Position numbers and translations under genes: made by a program
Shown here: one piece after another, positions 24,721-37,607 of the stretch
Layout: each line of letters begins with the position of its first letter
How positions within the stretch are numbered: the stretch's first letter is position 1
Origin: Octopus sinensis
Lineage: Eukaryota
DNA: 64,000 nucleotides
Reading direction: 5' to 3'
NCBI RefSeq assembly: GCF_006345805.1
Contig: NC_043019.1
Span: 8,183,360-8,247,359, forward strand
Notes under the pieces: generated by a model
Told to the model about the DNA's origin: nothing
Seen by the model: only the letters and a program-made list of their open reading frames with translations
Database searches by the model: none

Positions 24721-25744
24721 GCATATACGCCTATATGCATATATATGTATATATATATAGATAGAATCATATGTATATATATGCATATATATATATATTA
24801 GTCATAGATATGTATATAGACATACATACACACACGCACACATATATATATATATATATAATATACACATACACGTGTCTACACTCACACATAATACTAC
24901 ACCTATGAACGTGTACATGAGTTCGTTTAGTAAAAACTCTCTCTGCTAATGCTTATGAAGTCGAAATTGCCTAAATGTTGGGTCAGTTATTTATTGAAGG
25001 TTTCAGTGTATGGCTATTTTCCCTTGTAAATGATGCTGGATAATATGTTCTCTCTAACGGGTTTGGTAAATCACTGATCTGGATTTGGAGACAAAAATGC
25101 ATCTAATATCACTTAAAATGTTCAGCGAATATCTGTTCGCATTATTTAAAGATTTTAAAAGCCATTCTTGAACTAAGGACATTTAAACGCTAAGTTTTCA
25201 TACATCTAGGAATGGTTAACAGATAATGGGCCAACCATTTTCCATTATAATTTTTCTTTTCTCACACGTATTCCCAAGTTCGAATAAGATTTTCGCAATT
25301 CTATAAGAAGTATACTCTCGAGGTGTTTCAGATACCCAACTTCTTTGAGATGCCAGAATTAAAACGAACGATGCTGCATTTTTTTTTTTTGGGGGGGGGG
25401 GGGAAATGTCTAACTTGCAATCCCTCAAATTTGAATGTTAAACCGAAGATTCTAAACCAGAATTGTCTGAAAACCATAATGCAATTCTCCGAATAATTGA
25501 ATCATTTTGTATTTTAAATTTGACAATTGAAAGTTACCTGAAATATGAGAGAATGTAAGGTGATACAATATCTGGACGCTGTCTTTATTTGTTTCATCAC
25601 ATCACATAATTTGACTAAATTCTCACCTGAATTAATGAATTATATTTTACATGTATTTATGTTATTTTCACAGAAAAATTACTGTACTCACTCGTATACA
25701 TTTTCGCGTGTTTGTGCGTAGAAACTTATAAAATTGATACTAAT

Positions 25745-25944
25745 TTCGAATTTTGACAGAGGGGCAGAGCTTTCACGGGGAGCAGGTAAGCCCATTAGGT
25801 CAATTGATACTTATTGTATCGACTATGATAAGATGAAAAAGCAATGTCAACTGTAGCGGAATTCGAAGTCAGAATGTAAAGACGGACGACATGCTTAGAA
25901 GCATTTCGTCCGTTATACTAACGATTCTGCCAGATTGCGGACTT
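25745..25944 (-). mobile_element. Degraded OK-type SINE
   Basis: gatacttattgtatcgac, gcggaattcgaagtcagaatgtaaagacggacg and ctaacgattctgccag. Confidence 0.7.
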
Positions 25945-26017
25945 AAAGATATTGATAACACTGCTTACCAATATACGCGGCTGCGAACGATATAAGGGGC
26001 TGCGAACGATATCAGTG

Positions 26018-26050
<33 letters not shown>

Positions 26051-26221
26051 GAATTACTGGTACGTATGTATGTAATACATACGTGTATATTCTCATAAAT
26101 ATTTTAGAATAAATAAATAGACATAATATAACGTCTAACGGTTGATGTATACTATTTCTCTATCCCCTCCATTTTCTTCTTGCCGTATATATTAACTATT
26201 ACTTAAACATCCTCTCACACC

Positions 26222-26273
26222 GTCTCTGATGAAGGGATATAATTAATAAATATCCTGGAAACAGTTGTAAGAC
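26222..26273 (+). ncRNA. Minimal type-I hammerhead ribozyme motif (third PLE-like family)
   Basis: GUCU CUGAUGA A GGGAUAU aauuaauaa AUAUCCU G GAAAC AGUU GUA AGAC: canonical core, 7-bp stem II, 4-bp stem I. It lies in a ~270-bp unique island between (TA)n tracts. Confidence 0.72.
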
Positions 26274-26327
26274 CTTCTATCTATAAATGTTTTTTTTATT
26301 TCATTACGCAAAAAATAATATATATAT

Positions 26328-26407
<80 letters not shown>

Positions 26408-26663
26408 GTGTGTGTGTGTATGTATGTACATATGTTTACATTACACACATGCATATCACTTGTGTATGATTGCATTCAATTTTTTTTTGTCTGTCAGCCA
26501 CTGAAGCCCGACAATCAATTATTATGTCGGCTGGGTTTGAACTAAAAACAAAATCGACGTAAACACATTCCAAACAAAAAATTGTCCACATGCTCTACTA
26601 CAGCCTTCTAAGTCTCGTCTAGGTGAAAACATTTCAGAAGCATGATATTAGTAACGACTGAGA

Positions 26664-26855
26664 TTGGCACAAGGCCAGGAATTATGGGCGAATAGGTTTC
26701 ATTGATTGACTGGACGTCAATACTTTATTATTGCGTAGTTATATTGTTGACCCCGGAAGCGTGAAAAGCGGTCTATCGATTTCCGTTGGATTTGAACTCA
26801 GAAAGTAAAATATAATAATATGTCAATATATTTAATCTGGCTCTTTGCCAATTCC
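26664..26855 (-). mobile_element. Degraded OK-type SINE (tail B-like)
   Basis: tggcacaaggccag, ttgaccccggaag and ggatttgaactcagaa. Confidence 0.55.
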
Positions 26856-27601
26856 TTCTAAAATAATCCCCATTCTAGAATAACAACATCATCAACATCT
26901 GCGTGAACAACAAGATCAACGAGAACAAGAACAATAATACTGATATCAATCACGATGATGATGAGGATGACGATGATGATGGTGGTGGTGGTAGTGATAG
27001 TGGTGGTGATAGTGGTGGAGGTGGTGGTGGTGGTGGTGGTGGTGGTGGATGGTGTCGACGACTACGGCGGTGTCAGTAATGATGATGATGATGGTTAGTC
27101 AATGTCCGACAATTTTTAATCCAGAACAAATTCCGTACCATCCACCCCCAAGACCTTATCTGACAATATAATCCGCCCACGCGAAAAAATAAAAGTGGAC
27201 GAGACTCGCCACTACTGCATATGAATTCATATCCCAGTCACGTGACATTTTACACCACAATACATGTCGTTCGACAATCTAACAGTTTTGTAATTCTGCC
27301 ACCGAGGCACACATTTTTAAAGACCCTACAATATTGGTTTTGATGATATTTTATAGAAACGGAAGTTGGAAATTGTAAGTTCGCTTCGTTAGACATGGTT
27401 GACTTTAAAGTAAGTCTGTAATGCCTTGCGCTTATTACACTCAGACAATTTGCTTACCGAATGACCAATCCCATCTTTGCAATCAACATCCCATTCTTAC
27501 GAGTATAGTGAACCAGAAATACAAACTTTAGCAAAAATATCACTAAAACTCGTCCTATTCCTCGCTCGCATATTTATATTCAATTATTAGCAAGTTATAC
27601 G

Positions 27602-27790
27602 TGACACTCCGTCGGTTACGACATTCCGGCGGGTCCAGTTGATCTGATCGGCGGAACAGCTTGCTCGTGATACTAAAGTGCTGAGCACCCCACAGACACG
27701 TGTACATTTAACGTAGTTCTTGGGGGAAATTAAGCGTGATACACTATGTGAGAAGGCTGACCCTTTGAAATACAGGTACAACAGAAACAG
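27602..27790 (-). mobile_element. 3' module of the SINE family seen at 61351
   Basis: tgacactccgtcggttacgac...ggaacagcttgctcgtga...tgctgagcac.ccacagacacgtg...tttgaaatacaggtaca is the reverse complement of the 61494-61678 module. Confidence 0.8.
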
Positions 27791-27923
27791 GAAAAACGTC
27801 TACTACGTGTTTACTATACTGAGCATCTGTGAATTTTACCTGCTGACTTTCTATCCCTGTGTGTGAGTGCGTCTATGTATGTGTATATATATATGTGTCT
27901 GTCTATCTATCTCTCTATCTATA

Positions 27924-28112
27924 TATTTCTTTACTGCCCACAAGGGGCTAAACACAGAGGGGACAAACAAGGATAGACAAATAGATTAAGTCGATTAGAT
28001 CGACTCCAGCGCGTAAGTGGTACTTAATTTTTCGACTCCGAAAGGATGAAAGGCAAAGTCGACCTCGGCGGAATTTGATCCCAGAACGTAACGGCAGACG
28101 AAATGCGGCTAA
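27924..28112 (-). mobile_element. OK-type SINE (tail A) lacking its 5' ~40 nt
   Basis: Close match to 17394 and 39690; it ends in (CA)n where the head should be. Confidence 0.9.
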
Positions 28113-28639
28113 CACACACACACAAACACACACATATGAGTGTGAAAGCTTAAAAACACGTAACGCGGTGAACAAGGTAAATGGAGATGAACTTCCCACA
28201 TCGCTCTGCGGGAATATTATCCTCGGAGACCGCTGATCTTCCAGACTAGTTCAGATTCATCTCCGAACTATTATTCATTGCAAAAATGAGAGAACGCTTT
28301 CGTTGACCTCGTCACCGGTAAGTAACCTGACTAGACGGAAAACTAGAAAAATAATAATATCTTTTCACTATAATAACCATTTATCTTTCAGGACAGACGG
28401 TGTATATAATGGCAAGATTATATTTAACCAAGCAGCGGGAGGTGTGTATAATTAGAAGACCTTATATAATTTAATTACGGCGTTGGTCAATATAAAAGTG
28501 AAACGGGTGAGAAACTAATGTCTCTTAATTACAGATACGTAGATATTGATATGGAAATATCGATATGACGAACGGTCGAAACGTACACACTTACATACCT
28601 ACATTCGTACATATACGCATTCACATACGTTCACACATA

Positions 28640-28649
28640 TTCACACACA

Positions 28650-28719
<70 letters not shown>

Positions 28720-28918
28720 GTATATATGCATACACATATACATGCGTACGTAAGTCGATATGTGTGTGTATGTATGAATACGCATGTATATGTATGTATA
28801 GATACATATATATATGTGTATATATATATGTGTGTGTGTGTGTGCTTGTGTATACATATACACACGCAACACTCACTCACACATACAAACATACATACTT
28901 ACATATATACATATATAA

Positions 28919-28958
<40 letters not shown>

Positions 28959-28990
28959 TATATATTGATATATATATATATTATATATAT
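28640..28990. repeat. (TA)n/(TG)n compound microsatellite
   Basis: Read directly. Confidence 0.9.
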
Positions 28991-29003
28991 ACATCTCTCA
29001 TCA

Positions 29004-29460
29004 TTTGTCTTTTATTCCACTCATTAGATAACGGCCATGCTGGAGTATCGTCATCAAGACGTTTTACTCGAACGCATTAATATAAAGTGAGTATTTTATT
29101 TCAAGCACGCTACTTATTTTATAGATTTTTGTATTATTATTTTTTTTTTGCTGAACTGGTTAACATCACAGGCTTTCAAGCAGCGAAAAAGAAGAAGAGC
29201 AGACACAAAGACACACACACACACCACACACACACACACACATACATACATACATACATACATACACAAACACACACACAAAAAACACACACACACAAAA
29301 AAACACACACACACACAAAAAACACACATATGACGGGCTTCTTTCAGATTCCGTCAAAAAAATGCCCTCACAAGGTTTGGCTGCGCAGACAGCGGAAGTG
29401 GAACCGAATCCGAAAGCTCGCGAGTTGGAAGCATGTCTCTTACCAGATGCCCACCACCGC
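29004..29460 (-). mobile_element. Degraded OR-type SINE with internal (CA)n/(TACA)n
   Basis: cggccatgctggagta (3' end), gacgggcttctttcagattccgtc and ctcacaaggtttgg (5' half) in reverse orientation. Confidence 0.75.
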
Positions 29461-29472
29461 TTGTATATATAT

Positions 29473-30001
29473 CGTGGCTGTGTGGTAAGGAGCCGGGTAC
29501 CAACCCACGTGACTCCGGTTTCAGTCTCACTACATGGCAACTTGGAAAAGTGCCTCCTATTATAGCTTCGGTCCGACCAAAGGCTTGTGAGTGCATTTCG
29601 TAGGCGGAAACCGAAAGAAGCCCGTCGTATATGTATGTATATATATATATATATATAGTGACGCATATTTGCCATTTGAACATGGCTAACCCCTAAGGGT
29701 GGATGCTACTGTAATTTGTAGCCCCAGGAAGATATCTCCTCAGCTGGCTAGAGACACACTATCTGTGCCCTCTCAGTATTTGTGAAGGGAAGTCATTCTC
29801 CCCGTCTTCAACTCATGATACACACGGACTCGAGTTTCAAGGTGTTTACCTATCATCAGCGTGTGACAATCACCGTTGTCGACGAGAAGTCAGCTCCCTT
29901 CACAAATACATATACTTATTCCAGTGTCGATTGACACTGATATTGAAAAAGTGAAATCAAACAATGATAAATCTCAGAGCGAGTTATATATATATATACA
30001 C

Positions 30002-30071
<70 letters not shown>

Positions 30072-30294
30072 AGTATGTATTTGTGTGTGACAATTTTTTC
30101 ACCCGCCACCATCGCTTGACTACCAATGATGGTGTGTTCACTTCCCCGAAACTTAGCAGCTCAGAAGAAGATATCGATACACCGAGGACCAGTTTTATAA
30201 AGTATAATTGCAGATATCGATTTCCTCGACTAAAAGGCGGTGCTCCAGCATGGCCACAGTCAAATGTATGAAGCAACTAAAGGAATAAAAGGAT
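29473..30294 (+). mobile_element. OR-type SINE split by a nested insertion in its internal microsatellite
   Basis: 5' half 29473-29630 ends gaaagaagcccgtcgtat; 3' half 30071-30294 runs caccatcgcttgac...cgactaaaaggcggtgctccagcatggccacagtc...aaaagga. Confidence 0.85.
29657..29988 (+). mobile_element. Unclassified dispersed repeat with long internal stem-loop (copy 2), nested in the OR SINE
   Basis: Similar to 1268-1620; perfect 15-bp inverted repeat gtatttgtgaaggga (29776-29790) / tcccttcacaaatac (29895-29909). Confidence 0.72.
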
Positions 30295-30297
30295 ATA

Positions 30298-30370
<73 letters not shown>

Positions 30371-30371
30371 T

Positions 30372-30586
30372 TATTTCCTACTCTCGGCACAAGGCATGAA
30401 ATTTGGGGGTAGAGGTCAGTCGGTTACATCGAACCCAGTATTCAACTGATGCTTAATTTATCGACCCCTTAAAGGATGAAAGGCAAAGGCGAACACGGCG
30501 TAACTTGAACTCAGAACATAAAGACAGACGAAATACAGCTAAGCATTTCGCCCGGCGTGTTAAAGTTTCTGGCAGCGCACCGCCTT
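30372..30586 (-). mobile_element. OK-type SINE (tail B)
   Basis: ggcacaaggcatgaaatttggggg tail, ttatcgacccc..aaaggatgaaaggcaaag and gctaagcatttcgcccggcgtg head. Confidence 0.88.
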
Positions 30587-30619
30587 CAAACAACATTTAT
30601 ATAATATATGTAATCCATC

Positions 30620-30693
30620 CATCCATCCATACATACATACATACATACATACATACAAACGTACATACATACATACATACATACATACATACA

Positions 30694-30722
<29 letters not shown>
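30620..30722. repeat. (TCCA)/(TACA)n microsatellite
   Basis: Read directly. Confidence 0.95.
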
Positions 30723-30724
<2 letters not shown>

Positions 30725-30747
30725 TTATATTATATATATGTTCTTTT

Positions 30748-30811
30748 AAAGCGGTGAGCTGGCAGAATCGTTAGCACGCCGGGTGAAATGCTTAGCTGTA
30801 TTTCGTCTGTC
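30748..30811 (+). mobile_element. OK-type SINE head only
   Basis: gcggtgagctggcagaatcgttagcacgccgggtgaaatgcttagctgtatttcgtctg. Confidence 0.85.
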
Positions 30812-31953
30812 ATATATAAATATATATATATATATTCATTTATTTGAAAGATCGGAAGATGCATGCATTGGTTTTAATCAGTTCTATTGATCTACGTATT
30901 TATTTCAGTCTGGTGGATGTAGTATCGATCTCTCAATTAACGGCGGTATGTTGCTGGCCACACAAGACAGAACAACGTTTTCTTGGCCGATCTATACATA
31001 GTGATCAAGATGTACATATAAATATATATTTATACGTATATATATAATTGTCCAACTTCTTGCGACCGGCCAACTCGATTAGGCTAACTTAGACCGTACA
31101 ACCATTTAATCCAGTGATTGCTGTACATCAAAACTCTGTGTAACCCATTTGTTGCATGCAAAACATTGTCCGATTGATCAAAGTAGGTCATTGAAACATC
31201 CATTCATATGAGTGTCTGAGTGAAAGGAAACAAGGAAATCGATAAGAAACTTTGATATGCGTTTACATGGAGTTTAAAGAAATTCATTTCTTGATAAAGG
31301 ATTCAGATAAGTTACTTCGTTTGTAGTCGAACAGAGGGACAGTACAATTAATTCAGGATCTATTTCTTATAAGTCATTCAGCAGCGACCGCTTTGTGTTA
31401 TGTAATTCGATTATCAGTCAACCATTTGAATGATATCCATATCTTATGTAATCGATATATGTGTGCGTGTGTATCTATGTTCTTATACATATGCGTGTGT
31501 TTGTGTGAATAACTACACAAACACACACACACTTATATATATATATATATTTCATTTCTTGTTTTGGTTTGCATGATTCTTTATGTGAATTCGTGCATTG
31601 AAGCATATTTTATTGTGTCTGGGAAGAGTAATTCTTTTTTTTAGTGTCTTATGTATGCACATATATATATATGTTTGTATTTATGTAGACTGCAGAGTAC
31701 ATACATACATAGAAACGTGAACACATACATATATATGCAAACACGCACATTGACGCACACACATGCGCACAAACAAACAAACAAACAAAAAGAACGCACT
31801 CCGATAACAGACGGAGTTAACAGCTATTGAAAAGTTTGCAAAACTCAATGAAAATTTCAGTAAAATTAAATAAGTAAAGGAGTGGAAATCTAACCAGTGA
31901 GTGTGTTAAATTAATAAGGCACTAAAAGATAATGGCACGCCCGAGACACAATA

Positions 31954-31984
<31 letters not shown>

Positions 31985-33679
31985 ATATATATATACGCAA
32001 ATCTTCAGGAAAATATATGACATAAGAGTACTTCTGTAAATCTATCATGTTAGAAAATAGAAATTGTCGCTATTAATGACGTGCAGATGACTCGTGTATA
32101 AACAACGATTACATTGCATTTAAATTGATCTAATGTAGTGAGTGCTAACATTTGAACGAGAAATATTTAGGGAAACAGGAATGATTGATATCAAACCTCG
32201 TGAATAATAAGAGAACATTCTTAGTAGGCATCTTTCTCTCTCTCTCTCTCTGTACATATATATATATAGGTGTGTGTGTTTGTGTGACTCTGTGTGTATG
32301 TGTGAGAGAGAGACTCTGTATGTGTGCGTGTGTTTATGCACAAATGTATATAAGCATGCCGGAAATGGATTTAGAAATTTAAAAATGATATATTTGTATT
32401 TATAAATACGAACACTTATACATGTCTATTCAGAGAAGCAGACAGAACGATGCTTTGAATAATAGACTTGGAGGAATGAAGGAGCCTTATATTTTAGGGT
32501 TTCTTCCGAAATGAAATTTTGCTAAGCACTCTCTAATAGTAGATATGATATATCAATTAGATTCAGAGATCTTACCAATTACCTTATTTTAAAATTTCAT
32601 TTGAGAAATGAGATTCTGAACAGAATACTCGACGTCAAAATGCTTATTCGCAAACGTATAACCAGAAGCATATAACAATGTGAACTTGTATATGCACATG
32701 CCATATTGTATGTCTTACAAGCAGACATAGATACGCATATTTTTATGCCTGCATGCACACATATAAGTGCGTGCGTATGTGTGTATGTTTGTGTGTGCGC
32801 GTGTGTCTGTGTAAAGGAACGAAGAGAAACTGATGTTCAATTTTTCATCATATGAAATGGAGTTTGAGTACTTAAAGCCGTTGGTGAAGTCCGGGAGACG
32901 ACTTGTCAGTATATTGATAATTGTTCTAAAATGTATGATCGCATTCTTAGACGGATTGTGTCATGTGACATCATGGATTACAATCACACGTTACGTCTCT
33001 GTATATGGACACGTGACGTTATGTCTGGTAATTTAGTGAAAGTATCATGTGACGGCATAAAATGACTCGTTGGAATGTCAGAATAGCAGAAGATACCGAA
33101 ATTACTCACTGGTTAGTTTGCAGTAATGAATTCTAAGCTGTGTTTGTCTGGAAATATGCTGCCGCGTCTTGTATTTTTGGCCATATATGTTACGTTTCCA
33201 ATTTTCTAATTCTTATCTGCAGAAGCTGACGCCGTTCCTTACTCTGCATATAATCGTACAGCTAGATATAGCATGTCCAAATTGGTGTAAGGTGATTTGG
33301 GTTAGTTTTCATTGTCATCTCTGTCGAAGACATACATCTGGAAATGGCGATCATGAAATAAATAATTAAATAATTCTTTGAGGTGAATATATTTCCCTCA
33401 GTAATTAAGCATCTGTTTCTCCGGGAATTTCTCCGATACGTTTCCTGACACTTTTCGTCCTAAGTAATGTGGATAGTAGTAACGAGGTTTACTACATGTT
33501 ATGAAGTAATTATATCATTATTGTAAACTATCTTCTGCAGGGGGATTAACTGGTACAAGTTATTCATTATAAGGCTTGCTGTGTGTTTCCGAATTGGATC
33601 AACAGTATAACTACAAAGTTACTGATTCTGCGTGATTCGAGTATTAGGCAAATATAATTTCTTCAAGTTTTAAGATCAG

Positions 33680-33821
33680 TAGCAAGCGAGATCAGTCTAT
33701 CCGTTGAAGAAGATACTTTACCAACTCCTGCGAATTTGAGGTAGCCTTCACAAACTGTCAAGCGGCAGTGAGAGACAAACACACGCGCACACACACACGC
33801 ATATCTACACACGTACACACA

Positions 33822-33878
<57 letters not shown>

Positions 33879-34028
33879 TCGGCGAGCTTCTTTCAGTTTC
33901 AGTCTAAAGAATCTACTCACAAGGATTTGGTCGGCCCGAGGCTATAGAATAAGTCACCTGCCAAGGGTGCCACGAATTGGGACTGAACCCGGAACCACGC
34001 TTCTTACCACACAGCAGCAACTGCGACC
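33680..34028 (-). mobile_element. OR-type SINE with internal (CA)n
   Basis: cttctttcagtttc..tcta..gaatctactcacaagg.tttggtcggcccgaggctatag...gggtgccac...gggactgaacccggaacc. Confidence 0.85.
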
Positions 34029-34939
34029 ATACTTCGCACATTCAGGATGCAGTTTGAATTCTAGTATTCAGCTGTATTGTTTATTTTTCTTCTTAAAGAT
34101 GTTTTATTATATATTACATTAAGTCATAATTTCAAATTCAACTTTAACTAAGAGTATATATAGTTCTACAAGAGAAAAGCAGAAAAGACATATCAGTTTT
34201 TAGTTAAATCAATCTAAACATCACGATGATATCTAAAGGAGCGAGCTATCTCTGATACATTGAAGGATGGAGTCATGATTGTTAAGAAATACCAAACGTC
34301 CAGAATACAGTTAGAATTTCACGATAGTTAACCTTGTCTCACCAATTCCTCAACTCTCATCTGAAATATCTGTGTATTTTAAAATACTCATAGTTGCTTC
34401 CGTCAGAGAAACTTCCGTTTCCTCGTCCCCAAATCCTACAATGTCACCTAACAATCAACCTTTAATTTACACTCTCCCGCTTCGAAGCATATATCCCCCA
34501 CTTCCTTTCTCTGCCTTACACCTCTCGCTCTTTCTCGACCTCCCTCTCATTTTCTCTCACACCCTCACAATTTCTCTTCCCCCCTCTCTCCCTCATTCTC
34601 AACCATTTTCCATATTTTTCCTGAATTTACTTCTACCACTGTTTTAAATGATTCTAAATCACTATAATCCAGGTTCGTCTTCTGCGCAAACTCTCCATTA
34701 TATCCGCTATATTTTATGTTCTTATGTTCTTGTATCTTACTCAGACCATTTTGGAATATGTATATAAAAAAAGAAAAAATTACTAAAAATAACAATAAAA
34801 ATAATAGTAACGAAGGTTTGAGGTATTATATCTAATTTCTTTGATATCACATCTATTTTATTGAGAATAGCAATATAATCAACAAACCACACATATACAC
34901 ATGTATTTTCCAAACCATTTCTATCCTTCTTTCTCTGTT

Positions 34940-35034
34940 TACATACATATATGTATGTATGTATGTCTGTCTATATATACCCACACACATATATATATGT
35001 ATACATACATATATACATATACATACATACATAC

Positions 35035-35072
<38 letters not shown>

Positions 35073-35577
35073 AAATATATATGTGTGTGTGTGTGCCCAA
35101 AATAAATGCATACATAATTATATGTAAACATGGCAAAAGCAAAAGATATATAAGAGAAGCAAATAAATACGTGGACGTAATTACAACACTAAACGATAAA
35201 ATGAAAGGCAAAAAGGAAAGAAAAAAAGAATAAATCATGGAATAAAATGGAATAAATACGAAGGGGAAAATCTAAGCGCAGCATTGAACTATTCAAATAC
35301 ATTTCTAGTACAATGTAAAAACGTCTTTCATTTTAACCATATTCGTTTCCTTATTTTATAGCTTACACATACACACGTGCGCACACACACTCACAAGTAC
35401 ATGCATACATTCGTAGATAAGTGGCACACATATATTTATATAAAAATGCATACATATACCTTAATACTTTTTTTATATTACAACTCATAGATGCAAACAC
35501 ACAGGCATCCAAATACGCATACAAACACACACACACATGTATATAATTACATATATATGTATATATACGTATAAATA

Positions 35578-35626
<49 letters not shown>

Positions 35627-35675
35627 CATATTAACATGTTTGTAAATATATGTATATATATGTACAGATATATAT

Positions 35676-35707
<32 letters not shown>

Positions 35708-35798
35708 GTATATGTTTGTACATATATACTCATACCTGATCATATACACTCACAAACATTCACACACACACGCATGTGTATACAATTTCATATATATG

Positions 35799-35854
<56 letters not shown>

Positions 35855-36000
35855 TATAATTATGTATGTACATATATGTAGAGATATATAACACGCACGC
35901 ACACACACACACATATAATTATAATATACGTATTATAGGTATATATACGTACATATGTATTATTATTCATACACAAACATACACACAGACATGCACAAAT
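34940..36000. repeat. Extended (TA)/(CA)/(CT) low-complexity block
   Basis: Read directly; several adjacent simple repeats. Confidence 0.85.
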
Positions 36001-36331
36001 ACACACATATGTATGTATATGGCATATACATTCATATGTGATTGTGTGCTGTACACGTTTTCCTTAGTATGAATATAGATATAATTTGTTTATATCCATT
36101 TGTTTATGTGTTCGTTTAAGTCTACCTTTCTAAGTTAACCAATATTTATGGACATAATTAACCATTAGTATATCCCATTGATAGAACCACAGAATATGTT
36201 TGCGCATTTGTGCGATATGTGTGTTTATCAACATATGTGTACCAGTTTGAATTCAAACGGTTTCTAAGATTAAATGTAAAAACATGTGTGCATGTGAGTG
36301 TAGAGGGTTGCACTTCATTGCATAATTTTAT

Positions 36332-36387
<56 letters not shown>

Positions 36388-36582
36388 ATATATGTATGTA
36401 TGTATGTATATATGTATATGTTTATATATACATGTGTGTGTAAACTCTCTATATATTGTGTGTGTTTTTGTAATTTGTGTTTCGTTTGTGGATGAAGGTG
36501 TATTTATAACGCTCCATCATGCGCAGTATGAAAACTAAATCACTATAAAAGATTAAAGGATATACAAATTATTTATTTATAC

Positions 36583-36615
<33 letters not shown>

Positions 36616-36627
36616 ATATATATATAT

Positions 36628-36660
<33 letters not shown>

Positions 36661-36861
36661 TATATTCTTCTTACACATATATATATATATACATTTATAT
36701 ATATATATGTGTGTATGCACATATATATATATATATATATGCATTCGTATAAGTAATTATATATTTTCCTGTACTATTCACATACACACAAACATAGACA
36801 CACACATATGCCTATATATAAGTATATATATATATATATATATATATTAATTTATATATAA

Positions 36862-36898
<37 letters not shown>

Positions 36899-37554
36899 CG
36901 TATATATATATATCTATGTATATATACACACATATATATATTGATATCTATATATACATATTTACTTCCTATGTATAAACTAAATATGCACATTTATATA
37001 CGATTGTGTGTAAATACGTTAGCAAGTAATGTTTGTAACTAGGAATTACATGTTTTACTATAAAAACCAAAATATTCTCATTGAAGTGAACACTTTGATA
37101 TGCTTTTGCCATAATTACATAATTTTTTCCTTTCACTTTGAGCTCATGTGATGTGAATGCGGTGAATACGTTTTTCTCTTTCATGCTCAATCTTAATCCG
37201 TTGCCTTAATATATTCATTAATGCCATGTAATAAAGTCTACATGGCCTAAATATTTATTTATATTTATAGCTACATGTGTAGTTGTGTTCCTATATACAT
37301 ATATACATAAACATATGTGTGCGTGTATGTGTGTATGTGTTTATGTATCTACACAGATTTCTAATACGGTCTTAATTAGATTCGCGACGCACTTGCTACT
37401 ATAGATACATATACACTCAGGTACATACAAGCACACTGAAATATTGTCAGACATCCACACATAAGCATCCCTAAAAGTACCCATAGAAATCTCTCTCTCT
37501 CTCTCTTTATATATATATATATATATATCTGTATGTATATATATGTATATATAT

Positions 37555-37607
<53 letters not shown>

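Noticed and set aside
28286-28460. GTAAGT donor at 28318 and acceptor near 28390 suggesting a 73-nt intron
   Set aside because: Every frame has nearby stops and there is no recognisable peptide; such sites occur by chance.
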